From Nemertoderma westbladi (taxonomy: Eukaryota > Animalia > Xenacoelomorpha), in contig JAUCBJ010000073.1 of NCBI GenBank assembly GCA_032718475.1, positions 22,282-86,281 of the forward strand: a DNA stretch of 64,000 bases, read 5' to 3'. Each line of letters opens with the position of its first letter. The stretch's first letter is position 1. The notes under the pieces are model-generated. The model searched no databases, was not told where the DNA came from, and saw only the letters and a list, made by a program, of their open reading frames with translations. Made by a program: the position numbers and the translations under genes. Below, one piece after another: positions 1-12,264 of this stretch.

Positions 1-3000
1 ACTGTTACCGTTTTATATTTGCAGCACACCGAACTAACTCAAACTGTTACCGTTTTATTTTTGCAGCACACCGAACTAACTCAAGCTGTTACCGTTTTAT
101 ATTTGCAGCACACCGAACTAACTCAAACTGTTACCGTTTTATATTTGCAGCACACCGAACTAACTCAAACTGTTACCGTTTTATATTTGCAGCACACCGA
201 ACTAACTCAAACTGTTACCGTTTTATATTTGCAGCACACCGAACTAACTCAAACTGTTACCGTTTTATATTTGCAGCACACCGAACTAACTCAAACTGTT
301 ACCGTTTTATTTTTGCAGCACACCGAACTAACTCAAGCTGTTACCGTTTTATATTTGCAGCACATCGAACTAACTCAAACTGTTACCGTTTTATATTTGC
401 AGCACACCAAACTAACTCAAACTGTTACCGTTTTATATTTGCAACACATCGAACTAACTCAAACTGTTACCGTTTTATATTTGCAGCACACCAAACTAAC
501 TCAAACTATTACCGTTTTATATTTGCAGCACATCGTACTAACTCAAACTGTTACCGTTTTATATTTGCAGCACACCGAACTAACTTAAACTGTTACCGTT
601 TTATATTTGCAGCACACCGAACTAACTCAAACTGTTACCGTTTTATATTAGCAGCACACCGAACTAACTCAAACTGTTACCGTTTTATATTAGCAGCACA
701 CCGAACTAACTCAAACTGTTACCGTTTTATATTTGCAGCACACCGAACTAACTCAAACTGTTACCGTTTCATATTTGCAGCACACCGAACTAACTCAACT
801 CTTACCGTTTTATATTTGCAGCACACAGAACTAACTCAAACTCTTACCGTTTTATATTTGCAGCACACCGAACTAACTCAAACTGTTACCGTTTTATATT
901 TGCAGCACACCGAACTAACTCAAAAACTCTTACCGTTATATATTTGCAACATACCGAACTAACTCAAACTGTTACCGTTTTATATTTGCAGCACACCGAA
1001 CTAACTCAAACTCTTACCGTTTTATATTTACAGCACACCGAACTAACTCAAACTGTTACCGTTTTATATTTGCAGCACACCGAACTAACTCAATATGTTA
1101 CCGTTTTATATTTGCAGCACAGCTAACTAACTATAACTGTTACCGTTTTATATTTGCAGCACACCGAACTAACTCAAACTGTTACCGTTTTATATTTGCA
1201 GTACTCCGAACTAACTCAAACTTTTACCGTTTTATATTTGCAGCACACCAAACTAACTCAAACTGTTACCGTTTTATTTTTGCAGCACACCGAACTAACT
1301 CAAACTGTTACCGTTTTATATTTGCAGCACACCGAACTAACTCAAACTGTTACCGTTTTATATTTGCAGCACACCGAACTAACTCAAACTGTTACCGTTT
1401 TATATTTGCAGCACACCGACCGAACTAACTCAAACTGTTACCGTTTTATATTTGCAGCACACCGAACTAACTCAAACTGTTACCGTTTTATATTTGCAGC
1501 ACACCGAACTAACTCAAACTGTTACTGTTTTATATTTGCAACATATCGAACTAACTCAAACTCTTACCGTTTTATATTAGCAGCACACCGAACTAACTCA
1601 AACTGTTACCGTTTTATATTTGCAGCACACCGAACTAACTCAAACTGTTACCGTTTTATATTTGCAGCACACCGAACTAACTCAAACTGTTACTGTTTTA
1701 TATTTGCAGCACACCGAACTAACTCAAACTGTTACCGTTTATATTTGCAGCACACCGAACTAACTCAAACTGTTACTGTTTTATATTTGCAGCATATCGA
1801 ACTAACTCAAACTCTTACCGTTTTATATTAGCAGCACACCGAACTAACTCAAACTGTTACCGTTTTATATTTGCAGCACACCGAACTAACTCAAACTGTT
1901 ACCGTTTTATATTAGCCGCACACCGAACTAACTCAAACTGTTACCGTTTTATATTTGCAGCACACCGAACTAACTCAAACTGTTACCGTTTTGTATTTGC
2001 AGTACACCGAACTAACTCAAACTGTTACCGTTTTATATTTGCAGCACACCGAACTAACTCAAACTGTTACCGTTTTATATTTGCAGCACACCGAACTAAC
2101 TCAAACTGTTACCGTTTTATATTTGCAGCACACCGAACTAACTCAAATTGTTACCGTTTTATATTTGCAGCACACCGAACTAACTCAAACTATTACTGTT
2201 TTATATTAGCAGCATATCGAACTAACTGAAACTCTTACCGTTTTATATTAGCAGCACACCGAACTAACTCAAACTGTTACCGTTTTATATTTGCAGCACA
2301 CCGAACTAACTAAAACTGTTACCGTTTTATATTAGCCGCACACCAAACTAACTCAAACTCTTACCGTTTTATATTTGCAGCACACCGAACTAACTCAAAC
2401 TGTTCCGTTTTATATTAGCAGCACACCGAACTAACTCAAACTCTTACCGTTTTATATTAGCAGCACACCGAACTAACTCAAACTCTTAGCGTTTTATATT
2501 TGCAGCACACCGAACTAAATCAAATTCTTACCGTTTTATATTAGCACCACACCGAACTAACTCAAACTGTTACCGTTTTATATTTGCAGCACTCCGAACT
2601 AACTCAAACTGTTACCGTTTTATATTTGCAGCACACCGAACTAACTCAAACTGTTACCGTTTTATATTTGCAGCACACCGAACTAACTCAAAATCTTACC
2701 GTTTTATATTAGCAGCACACCGAACTAACTCAAACTCTTACCGTTTTATATTTGCAGCACACCGAACTAACTCAATCTGTTACCGTTTTATATTTGCAGC
2801 ACAGCGAACTAACTATAACTGTTACCGTTTTATATTTGCAGCACACCGAACTAACTCAAACTGTTACCGTTTTATATTTGCAGCACACCGAACTAACTCA
2901 AACTGTTACCGTTTTATATTTGCAGCACACCGAACTAACTCAAACTGTTACCGTTTTATTTTTGCAGCACACCGAACTAACTCAAGCTGTTACCGTTTTA

Positions 3001-6000
3001 TATTTGCAGCACACCGAACTAACTCAAACTGTTACCGTTTTATATTTGCAGCACACCGAACTAACTCAAACTGTTACCGTTTTATATTTGCAGCACACCG
3101 AACTAACTCAAACTGTTACCGTTTTATATTTGCAGCACACCGAACTAACTCAAACTGTTACCGTTTTATATTTGCAGCACACCGAACTAACTCAAACTGT
3201 TACCGTTTTATTTTTGCAGCACACCGAACTAACTCAAGCTGTTACCGTTTTATATTTGCAGCACATCGAACTAACTCAAACTGTTACCGTTTTATATTTG
3301 CAGCACACCAAACTAACTCAAACTGTTACCGTTTTATATTTGCAACACATCGAACTAACTCAAACTGTTACCGTTTTATATTTGCAGCACACCAAACTAA
3401 CTCAAACTATTACCGTTTTATATTTGCAGCACATCGTACTAACTCAAACTGTTACCGTTTTATATTTGCAGCACACCGAACTAACTTAAACTGTTACCGT
3501 TTTATATTTGCAGCACACCGAACTAACTCAAACTGTTACCGTTTTATATTAGCAGCACACCGAACTAACTCAAACTGTTACCGTTTTATATTAGCAGCAC
3601 ACCGAACTAACTCAAACTGTTACCGTTTTATATTTGCAGCACACCGAACTAACTCAAACTGTTACCGTTTCATATTTGCAGCACACCGAACTAACTCAAC
3701 TCTTACCGTTTTATATTTGCAGCACACAGAACTAACTCAAACTCTTACCGTTTTATATTTGCAGCACACCGAACTAACTCAAACTGTTACCGTTTTATAT
3801 TTGCAGCACACCGAACTAACTCAAAAACTCTTACCGTTATATATTTGCAACATACCGAACTAACTCAAACTGTTACCGTTTTATATTTGCAGCACACCGA
3901 ACTAACTCAAACTCTTACCGTTTTATATTTACAGCACACCGAACTAACTCAAACTGTTACCGTTTTATATTTGCAGCACACCGAACTAACTCAATATGTT
4001 ACCGTTTTATATTTGCAGCACAGCTAACTAACTATAACTGTTACCGTTTTATATTTGCAGCACACCGAACTAACTCAAACTGTTACCGTTTTATATTTGC
4101 AGTACTCCGAACTAACTCAAACTTTTACCGTTTTATATTTGCAGCACACCGAACTAACTCAAACTGTTACCGTTTTATATTTGCAGCACACCGAACTAAC
4201 TCAAACTGTTACCGTTTTGTATTTGCAGTACACCGAACTAACTCAAACTGTTACCGTTTTATATTTGCAGCACACCGAACTAACTCAAACTGTTACCGTT
4301 TTATATTTGCAGCACACCGAACTAACTCAAACTGTTACCGTTTTATATTTGCAGCACACCGAACTAACTCAAACTGTTACCGTTTTATATTTGCAGCACA
4401 CCGAACTAACTCAAACTGTTACCGTTTTATTTTTGCAGCACACCGAACTAACTCAAGCTGTTAACGTTTTATATTTGCAGCACACCGAACTAACTCAAAC
4501 TGTTACCGTTTTATATTTGCAGCACACCGAACTAACTCAAACTGTTACCGTTTTGTATTTGCAGTACACCGAACTAACTCAAACTGTTGCCGTTTTATAT
4601 TTGCAGCACACCGAACTAACTCAAACTGTTACCGTTTTATATTTGCAGCACACCGAACTAACTCAAACTGTTACCGTTTTATATTTGCAGCACACCGAAC
4701 TAACTCAAATTGTTACCGTTTTATATTTGCAGCACACCGAACTAACTCAAACTGTTACTGTTTTATATTAGCAGCATATCGAACTAACTGAAACTCTTAC
4801 CGTTTTATATTAGCAGCACACCGAACTAACTCAAACTGTTACCGTTTTATAATTGCAGCACACCGAACTAACTAAAACTGTTACCGTTTTATATTAGCCG
4901 CACACCGAACTAACTCAAACTGTTACCGTTTTATATTTGCAGCACACCGAACTAACTCAAACTGTTACCGTTTTATATTTGCAGCACACCGAACTAACTC
5001 AAACTGTTACCGTTTTATTTTTGCAGCACACCGAACTAACTCAAGCTGTTACCGTTTTATATTTGCAGCACATCGAACTAACTCAAACTGTTACCGTTTT
5101 ATATTTGCAGCACACCAAACTAACTCAAACTGTTACCGTTTTATATTTGCAACACATCGAACTAACTCAAACTGTTACCGTTTTATATTTGCAGCACACC
5201 AAACTAACTCAAACTATTACCGTTTTATATTTGCAGCACATCGTACTAACTCAAACTGTTACCGTTTTATATTTGCAGCACACCGAACTAACTTAAACTG
5301 TTACCGTTTTATATTTGCAGCACACCGAACTAACTCAAACTGTTACCGTTTTATATTAGCAGCACACCGAACTAACTCAAACTGTTACCGTTTTATATTA
5401 GCAGCACACCGAACTAACTCAAACTGTTACCGTTTTATATTTGCAGCACACCGAACTAACTCAAACTGTTACCGTTTCATATTTGCAGCACACCGAACTA
5501 ACTCAACTCTTACCGTTTTATATTTGCAGCACACAGAACTAACTCAAACTCTTACCGTTTTATATTTGCAGCACACCGAACTAACTCAAACTGTTACCGT
5601 TTTATATTTGCAGCACACCGAACTAACTCAAAAACTCTTACCGTTATATATTTGCAACATACCGAACTAACTCAAACTGTTACCGTTTTATATTTGCAGC
5701 ACACCGAACTAACTCAAACTCTTACCGTTTTATATTTACAGCACACCGAACTAACTCAAACTGTTACCGTTTTATATTTGCAGCACACCGAACTAACTCA
5801 AATTGTTACCGTTTTATATTTGCAGCACACCGAACTAACTCAAACTGTTACTGTTTTATATTAGCAGCATATCGAACTAACTGAAACTCTTACCGTTTTA
5901 TATTAGCAGCACACCGAACTAACTCAAACTGTTACCGTTTTATATTTGCAGCACACCGAACTAACTAAAACTGTTACCGTTTTATATTAGACGCACACCG

Positions 6001-9000
6001 AACTAACTCAAACTCTTACCGTTTTATATTTGCAGCACACCGAACTAACTCAAACTGTTCCGTTTTATATTAGCAGCACACCGAACTAACTCAAACTCTT
6101 ACCGTTTTATATTAGCAGCACACCGAACTAACTCAAACTCTTAGCGTTTTATATTTGCAGCACACCGAACTAACTCAAACTCTTACCGTTTTATATTAGC
6201 ACCACACCGAACTAACTCAAACTCTTATCGTTATATATTTTCAGCACACCGATCTAACTCAAACTCTTACCGTTTTATATTTGCAGCACACCGAATTACT
6301 CAAACTGTTACTGTTTTATATTTGCAACACACCGAACTAACTCAAACTGTTACCGTTTTATATTTGCAGCACTCCGAACTAACTCAAACTGTTACCGTTT
6401 TATATTTGCAGCACACCGAACTAACTCAAACTGTTACCGTTTTATATTTGCAGCACACCGAACTAACTCAAAATCTTACCGTTTTATATTAGCAGCACAC
6501 CGAACTAACTCAAACTCTTACCGTTTTATATTTGCAGCACACCGAACTAACTCAATCTGTTACCGTTTTATATTTGCAGCACAGCGAACTAACTATAACT
6601 GTTACCGTTTTATATTTGCAGCACACCGAACTAACTCAAACTGTTACCGTTTTATATTTGCAGCACACCGAACTAACTCAAACTGTTACCGTTTTATATT
6701 TGCAGCACACCGAACTAACTCAAACTGTTACCGTTTTATTTTTGCAGCACACCGAACTAACTCAAGCTGTTACCGTTTTATATTTGCAGCACACCGAACT
6801 AACTCAAACTGTTACCGTTTTATATTTGCAGCACACCGAACTAACTCAAACTGTTACCGTTTTATATTTGCAGCACACCGAACTAACTCAAACTGTTACC
6901 GTTTTATATTTGCAGCACACCGAACTAACTCAAACTGTTACCGTTTTATATTTGCAGCACACCGAACTAACTCAAACTGTTACCGTTTTATTTTTGCAGC
7001 ACACCGAACTAACTCAAGCTGTTACCGTTTTATATTTGCAGCACATCGAACTAACTCAAACTGTTACCGTTTTATATTTGCAGCACACCAAACTAACTCA
7101 AACTGTTACCGTTTTATATTTCGTGACCATAGAGCCAGAACAACACATACCACAATTTTTCAAAAAAAAAATTTTTCACCAAAATTACTCAAGATGGCGT
7201 TCTACATCTTATGTTAAAATCCTAGACTTGTATGTCAGTTCGTTTAGGAGATATGGAAAACCAGAACAACCCACACAACATAGAAGTTGAAAACTGTTAG
7301 ACGTAAAACAACACATACCACACTTTCCCTATCATACTTTGCCAGGAAAAACACCATTCAATAGTCGAGGAATGACGTGAGTTCTTATGTTTCTGTGATA
7401 AAATCCTAGAGGTAAAACAACACACACAGATTAGAGTTAATGTTAAATTTCAGTTTGTGTTGTTTTGCCTCTTTGGAAAATAACGAAAAAAACAGTTTTT
7501 TTCATTAACAAAATTTATTCTGAATGCTAGCCACTATTATAAAATGTGTCATTGTATCTTCCCAGACCTCTGTCGAAAAAATTAGGAGACGGGATCCATA
7601 TAGAGGGAAATGAGAAGGTTTTTTGCATTTTTCTCGAAACCACATTTTTTGGTGAGTGTTGTTCTGGCTCTTTGGTCACGATTTGCAACACATCGAACTA
7701 ACTCAAACTGTTACCGTTTTATATTTGCAGCACACCAAACTAACTCAAACTATTACCGTTTTATATTTGCAGCACATCGTACTAACTCAAACTGTTACCG
7801 TTTTATATTTGCAGCACACCGAACTAACTTAAACTGTTACCGTTTTATATTTGCAGCACACCGAACTAACTCAAACTGTTACCGTTTTATATTAGCAGCA
7901 CACCGAACTAACTCAAACTGTTACCGTTTTATATTAGCAGCACACCGAACTAACTCAAACTGTTACCGTTTTATATTTGCAGCACACCGAACTAACTCAA
8001 ACTGTTACCGTTTCATATTTGCAGCACACCGAACTAACTCAACTCTTACCGTTTTATATTTGCAGCACACAGAACTAACTCAAACTCTTACCGTTTTATA
8101 TTTGCAGCACACCGAACTAACTCAAACTGTTACCGTTTTATATTTGCAGCACACCGAACTAACTCAAAAACTCTTACCGTTATATATTTGCAACATACCG
8201 AACTAACTCAAACTGTTACCGTTTTATATTTGCAGCACACCGAACTAACTCAAACTCTTACCGTTTTATATTTACAGCACACCGAACTAACTCAAACTGT
8301 TACCGTTTTATATTTGCAGCACACCGAACTAACTCAATATGTTACCGTTTTATATTTGCAGCACAGCTAACTAACTATAACTGTTACCGTTTTATATTTG
8401 CAGCACACCGAACTAACTCAAACTGTTACCGTTTTATATTTGCAGTACTCCGAACTAACTCAAACTTTTACCGTTTTATATTTGCAGCACACCAAACTAA
8501 CTCAAACTGTTACCGTTTTATTTTTGCAGCACACCGAACTAACTCAAACTGTTACCGTTTTATATTTGCAGCACACCGAACTAACTCAAACTGTTACCGT
8601 TTTATATTTGCAGCACACCGAACTAACTCAAACTGTTACCGTTTTATATTTGCAGCACACCGACCGAACTAACTCAAACTGTTACCGTTTTATATTTGCA
8701 GCACACCGAACTAACTCAAACTGTTACCGTTTTATATTTGCAGCACACCGAACTAACTCAAACTGTTACTGTTTTATATTTGCAACATATCGAACTAACT
8801 CAAACTCTTACCGTTTTATATTAGCAGCACACCGAACTAACTCAAACTGTTACCGTTTTATATTTGCAGCACACCGAACTAACTCAAACTGTTACCGTTT
8901 TATATTTGCAGCACACCGAACTAACTCAAACTGTTACTGTTTTATATTTGCAGCACACCGAACTAACTCAAACTGTTACCGTTTATATTTGCAGCACACC

Positions 9001-10301
9001 GAACTAACTCAAACTGTTACTGTTTTATATTTGCAGCATATCGAACTAACTCAAACTCTTACCGTTTTATATTAGCAGCACACCGAACTAACTCAAACTG
9101 TTACCGTTTTATATTTGCAGCACACCGAACTAACTCAAACTGTTACCGTTTTATATTAGCCGCACACCGAACTAACTCAAACTCTTACCGTTTTATATTT
9201 GCAGCACACCGAACTAACTCAAACTGTTACCGTTTTATATTAGCAGCACACCGAACTAACTCAAACTGTTACCGTTTTATATTAGCAGCACACCGAACTA
9301 ACTCAAACTGTTACCGTTTTATATTGGCAGCACACCGAACTAACTCAAACTGTTACCGTTTTATATTTGCAGCACACCGAACTAACTCAAACTGTTACCG
9401 TTTTATATTTGCAGCACACCGAACTAACTCAAACTGTTACCGTTTTATATTTGCAGCACACCGCACTAACTCAAACCGTTACCGTTTTATTTTTGCAGCA
9501 CACCGAACTGCTCAAACTCTTACCATTCTATATTTGCAGCACACCTAACTAACTGAAACTATTACCGTTTTATATTTGAAACACACCGAACTAACTCAAA
9601 CACTTACCGTTTTATAATTGCAGCACACCGAACTAACTCAAACTGTTACCGTTTTATATTTGCAACACACCGAACTAACTCAAACTCTTACCGTTTTATA
9701 TTTACAGCACACCGAACTAACTCAAACTCTTACCGTTTTATATTTACAGCACACCGAACTAACTCAAACTCTTACCGTTTTATATTTACAGCACACCGAA
9801 CTAACTCAAACTCTTACCGTTTTATATTTACAGCATACCGAACTAACTCAAACTGTTACCGTTTTATATTTGCAGCACATCGAACTAACTCAAACTGTTA
9901 CCATTTTATATTTGCAGCACAACGAACTAACTGAAACTGTTACCGTTTTATATTTGCAGCACACCGAACTAACTCAAACTCTTACCGTTTTATATTTGCA
10001 GCACACAAGAATAACTCAAACTGTTACCGTTTTATATTTGCAGCACACCGAACTAACTCAAACTCTTACCGTTTTATATTTGCAGCACACAAGAATAACT
10101 CAAACCGTTACCGTTCTATTTTTACAGCACACCGAACTTACTCAAACTCTTACCGTTTTATATTTGCAGCACACAAGAATAACTCAAACTGTTACCGTTT
10201 TATATTTGCAGCACACCGAACTAACTCAAACTCTTACCGTTTTATATTTGCAGCACACAAGAATAACTCAAACCGTTACCGTTCTATTTTTACAGCACAC
10301 C
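1..10301 (+). repeat. 42-bp tandem array (about 230 units, runs off the left edge); unit is an amplified 3' splice site of the last KDM1B intron
   Basis: Unit ACTAACTCAAACTGTTACCGTTTTATATTTGCAG|CACACCGA contains a branch-point consensus (ACTAAC), a T-rich tract, CAG and the first bases of the downstream exon (CACACC). The last unit runs directly into the KDM1B exon at 10296. Units diverge towards 9480-10300. Confidence 0.97.
7122..7680. mobile_element. 559-bp non-autonomous DNA transposon (MITE), 4-bp ATTT TSD, possibly Sola1-like
   Basis: Left end CGTGACCATAGAGCCAGAACAACAC is the reverse complement (1 mismatch) of the right end GTGTTGTTCTGGCTCTTTGGTCACG. ATTT is duplicated at 7118-7121 and 7681-7684, and the satellite register resumes after it. 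An AWWT TSD is described for Sola1, so the family call is inference. Confidence 0.9.
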
Positions 10302-10382
10302 AACCGCAGTTTCCCCCAGACTGTTACCGGCGCCTACCTTAGTGGAATACAAGAAGCTTCTCGAGTCGTTGTGAATACCTGA
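10296..10382 (+). CDS. KDM1B: Terminal coding exon of lysine-specific histone demethylase 2 (KDM1B/LSD2, flavin amine oxidase C-terminus); upstream exons lie left of the window
   Basis: After TTCTATTTTTACAG the frame reads HTNRSFPQTVTGAYLSGIQEASRVVVNT*, matching the recalled KDM1B C-terminus (GE)ATNRHFPQTVTGAYLSGVREASKI. AATAAA at about 10556. Confidence 0.88.
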   Translation, partial: HTNRSFPQTVTGAYLSGIQEASRVVVNT

Positions 10383-11279
10383 CGTGCAACACAATCCAAT
10401 CTATTATATCAATACACCGGACCCCAACATGGACCGGTACAGTGACTCAGGTGCAATCCTTCCTATTACTATGGTTACAATACCCTAACTACAAATATTT
10501 GGATCCATTGTTTAACTTTCATACATTATATTCTCTATATTTTACATAAATAGTAAATAAAAACTTGTAAGATTTATTACGTGTTGTTATTGTTTATCGT
10601 AGTAAGATTAATTACGTGTTGTTATTGTTTATCGTAGTATTAATTTTTAATTAATCACATTTTTCTGGAATTATTTCATTCAATATTGTAGTCCATACTC
10701 TCGCAATATTTTGTGTTTTATAATTTCGTGTCTGTTTCGTTTAGCGCTACTTAAATACAATTGTTTAACGTATATAATTTCTTAAGTCTATTTGTTACGT
10801 GTTAGTTGGAGCAACTTCAAATTATATCTATATAAACTCCGACACAATGTCTTGATGTTGTACAATGTTGTATTTGAATCATTCAAGTAGTTTTCTTCTA
10901 CTAATATTGGAACTATTTTATAGAAATTATAAATAGTGTTTGTTATAATAATTTGAATACAATATTCCATCTAAAGTCTTATATTATATTAATCTATTCA
11001 CCCCGATACTACTATACCGATACTACCGATAATACTATAAAATATATTATAACGTGTCAACCGATTCGTACGTAGATTCTCAGCTTCCAAAAGATAAAAC
11101 CTTATAATAACTAAAGCCTTAGATTATAAGACTATATAACGCACTTTATAAGACTATAACGGAAAAGAGTTTTAAATTAAATTTAAATGTAACTGATACA
11201 AAACTTTGGGAAAATTTATAATAAATTATTTCCGGCGAGGTTTTATTATTGGAACCTGAGAATCTACGTACGAATTTGT

Positions 11280-12068
11280 CGACACGTTAATCCCGGTCTG
11301 TGCGTCAACTTCCGACACGTTAATCACGGGCTGTGCGTCAGTTTCCGACACGTTAATCCCGGGCTGTGCGTCAGCTTCAGACACGTTAATCCCAGGCTGT
11401 GCGTCAGCTTCCGACACGTTAATCCCGGGCTGTGCTTCAGCTTCCTACACGTTAATCCCGGGCTGTGCGACAGCTTCCGACACGTTAATCCCGGGCTGTG
11501 CGTCAGCTTCCGACACGTTAATCCCAGGCTGTGCGTCAGCTTCCGACACGTTAATCCCAGGCCACCCGCGGCCCAGGCTACCGTCGTTAATCCCGCGAGG
11601 CTACCCGCGTCCCAGGCTACCGTCGTTAATCCCGCGAGGCTACCCGCGTCCCAGGCTACCGTCGTTAATCCCGCGAGGCCACCCGCGTCCCAGGCTACCG
11701 TCGTTAATCCCACGAGGCCAACCGCGTCCCAGGCTACCGTCGTTAATCCCAGGCCACCCGCGTCCCAGGCTACCGTCGTTAATCGCGCGAGGCCACCCGC
11801 GTCCCAGGCTACCGTCGTTAATCGCGCGAGGCCACCCGCGTCCCAGGCTACCGTCGTTAATCCCACGAGGCCACCCGCGTCCCAGGCTACCGTCGTTAAT
11901 CCCGCGAGGCCACCCACATCCCAGGCTACCGTCGTTAATCCCGCGAGGCCACCCGCGCCCCAGGCTACCGTCGTTAATCCCGCGAGGCCACCCACATCCC
12001 AGGCTACCGTCGTTAATCCCGCGAGGCCACCCGCGCCCCAGGCTACCGTCGTTAATCCCGCGAGGCTA
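11280..12068. repeat. Compound GC-rich minisatellite: 33-bp units (about 11280-11560) grading into related 39/36-bp units (about 11560-12068)
   Basis: CCGACACGTTAATCCCGGGCTGTGCGTCAGCTT is repeated, then CCGTCGTTAATCCCGCGAGGCCACCCGCGTCCCAGGCTA; both share a CGTTAATCCC core. Confidence 0.9.
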
Positions 12069-12264
12069 CATGGACAGGTTTATTCTGGGCAAAACAGTAA
12101 ACGAGAGTCAAGTGCGGAGGTTAAAGTTTCATTTGTAAATAATAATAACTAGTACGGGCTCTGTAGAGCCCTGTAGGGCTCTGTAGATCCCTGTAGGGCT
12201 CTGTAGAGCTCTGTAGGGCTCTGTAGATCCCTTTAGGGCTCTGTAGAGCTCTGTAGGGCTCTGT

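Noticed and set aside
19-9552. Many ORFs of QHTELTQTVTVLYL or AAHRTNSNCYRFIF repeats
   Set aside because: By-products of a 42-bp unit; non-ATG starts, frequent stops and frameshifts. Only 10296-10382 is a recognisable protein.
10338-10378. Minus-strand AG...GT micro-exon candidate
   Set aside because: Overlaps the KDM1B exon, which explains the sequence far better.
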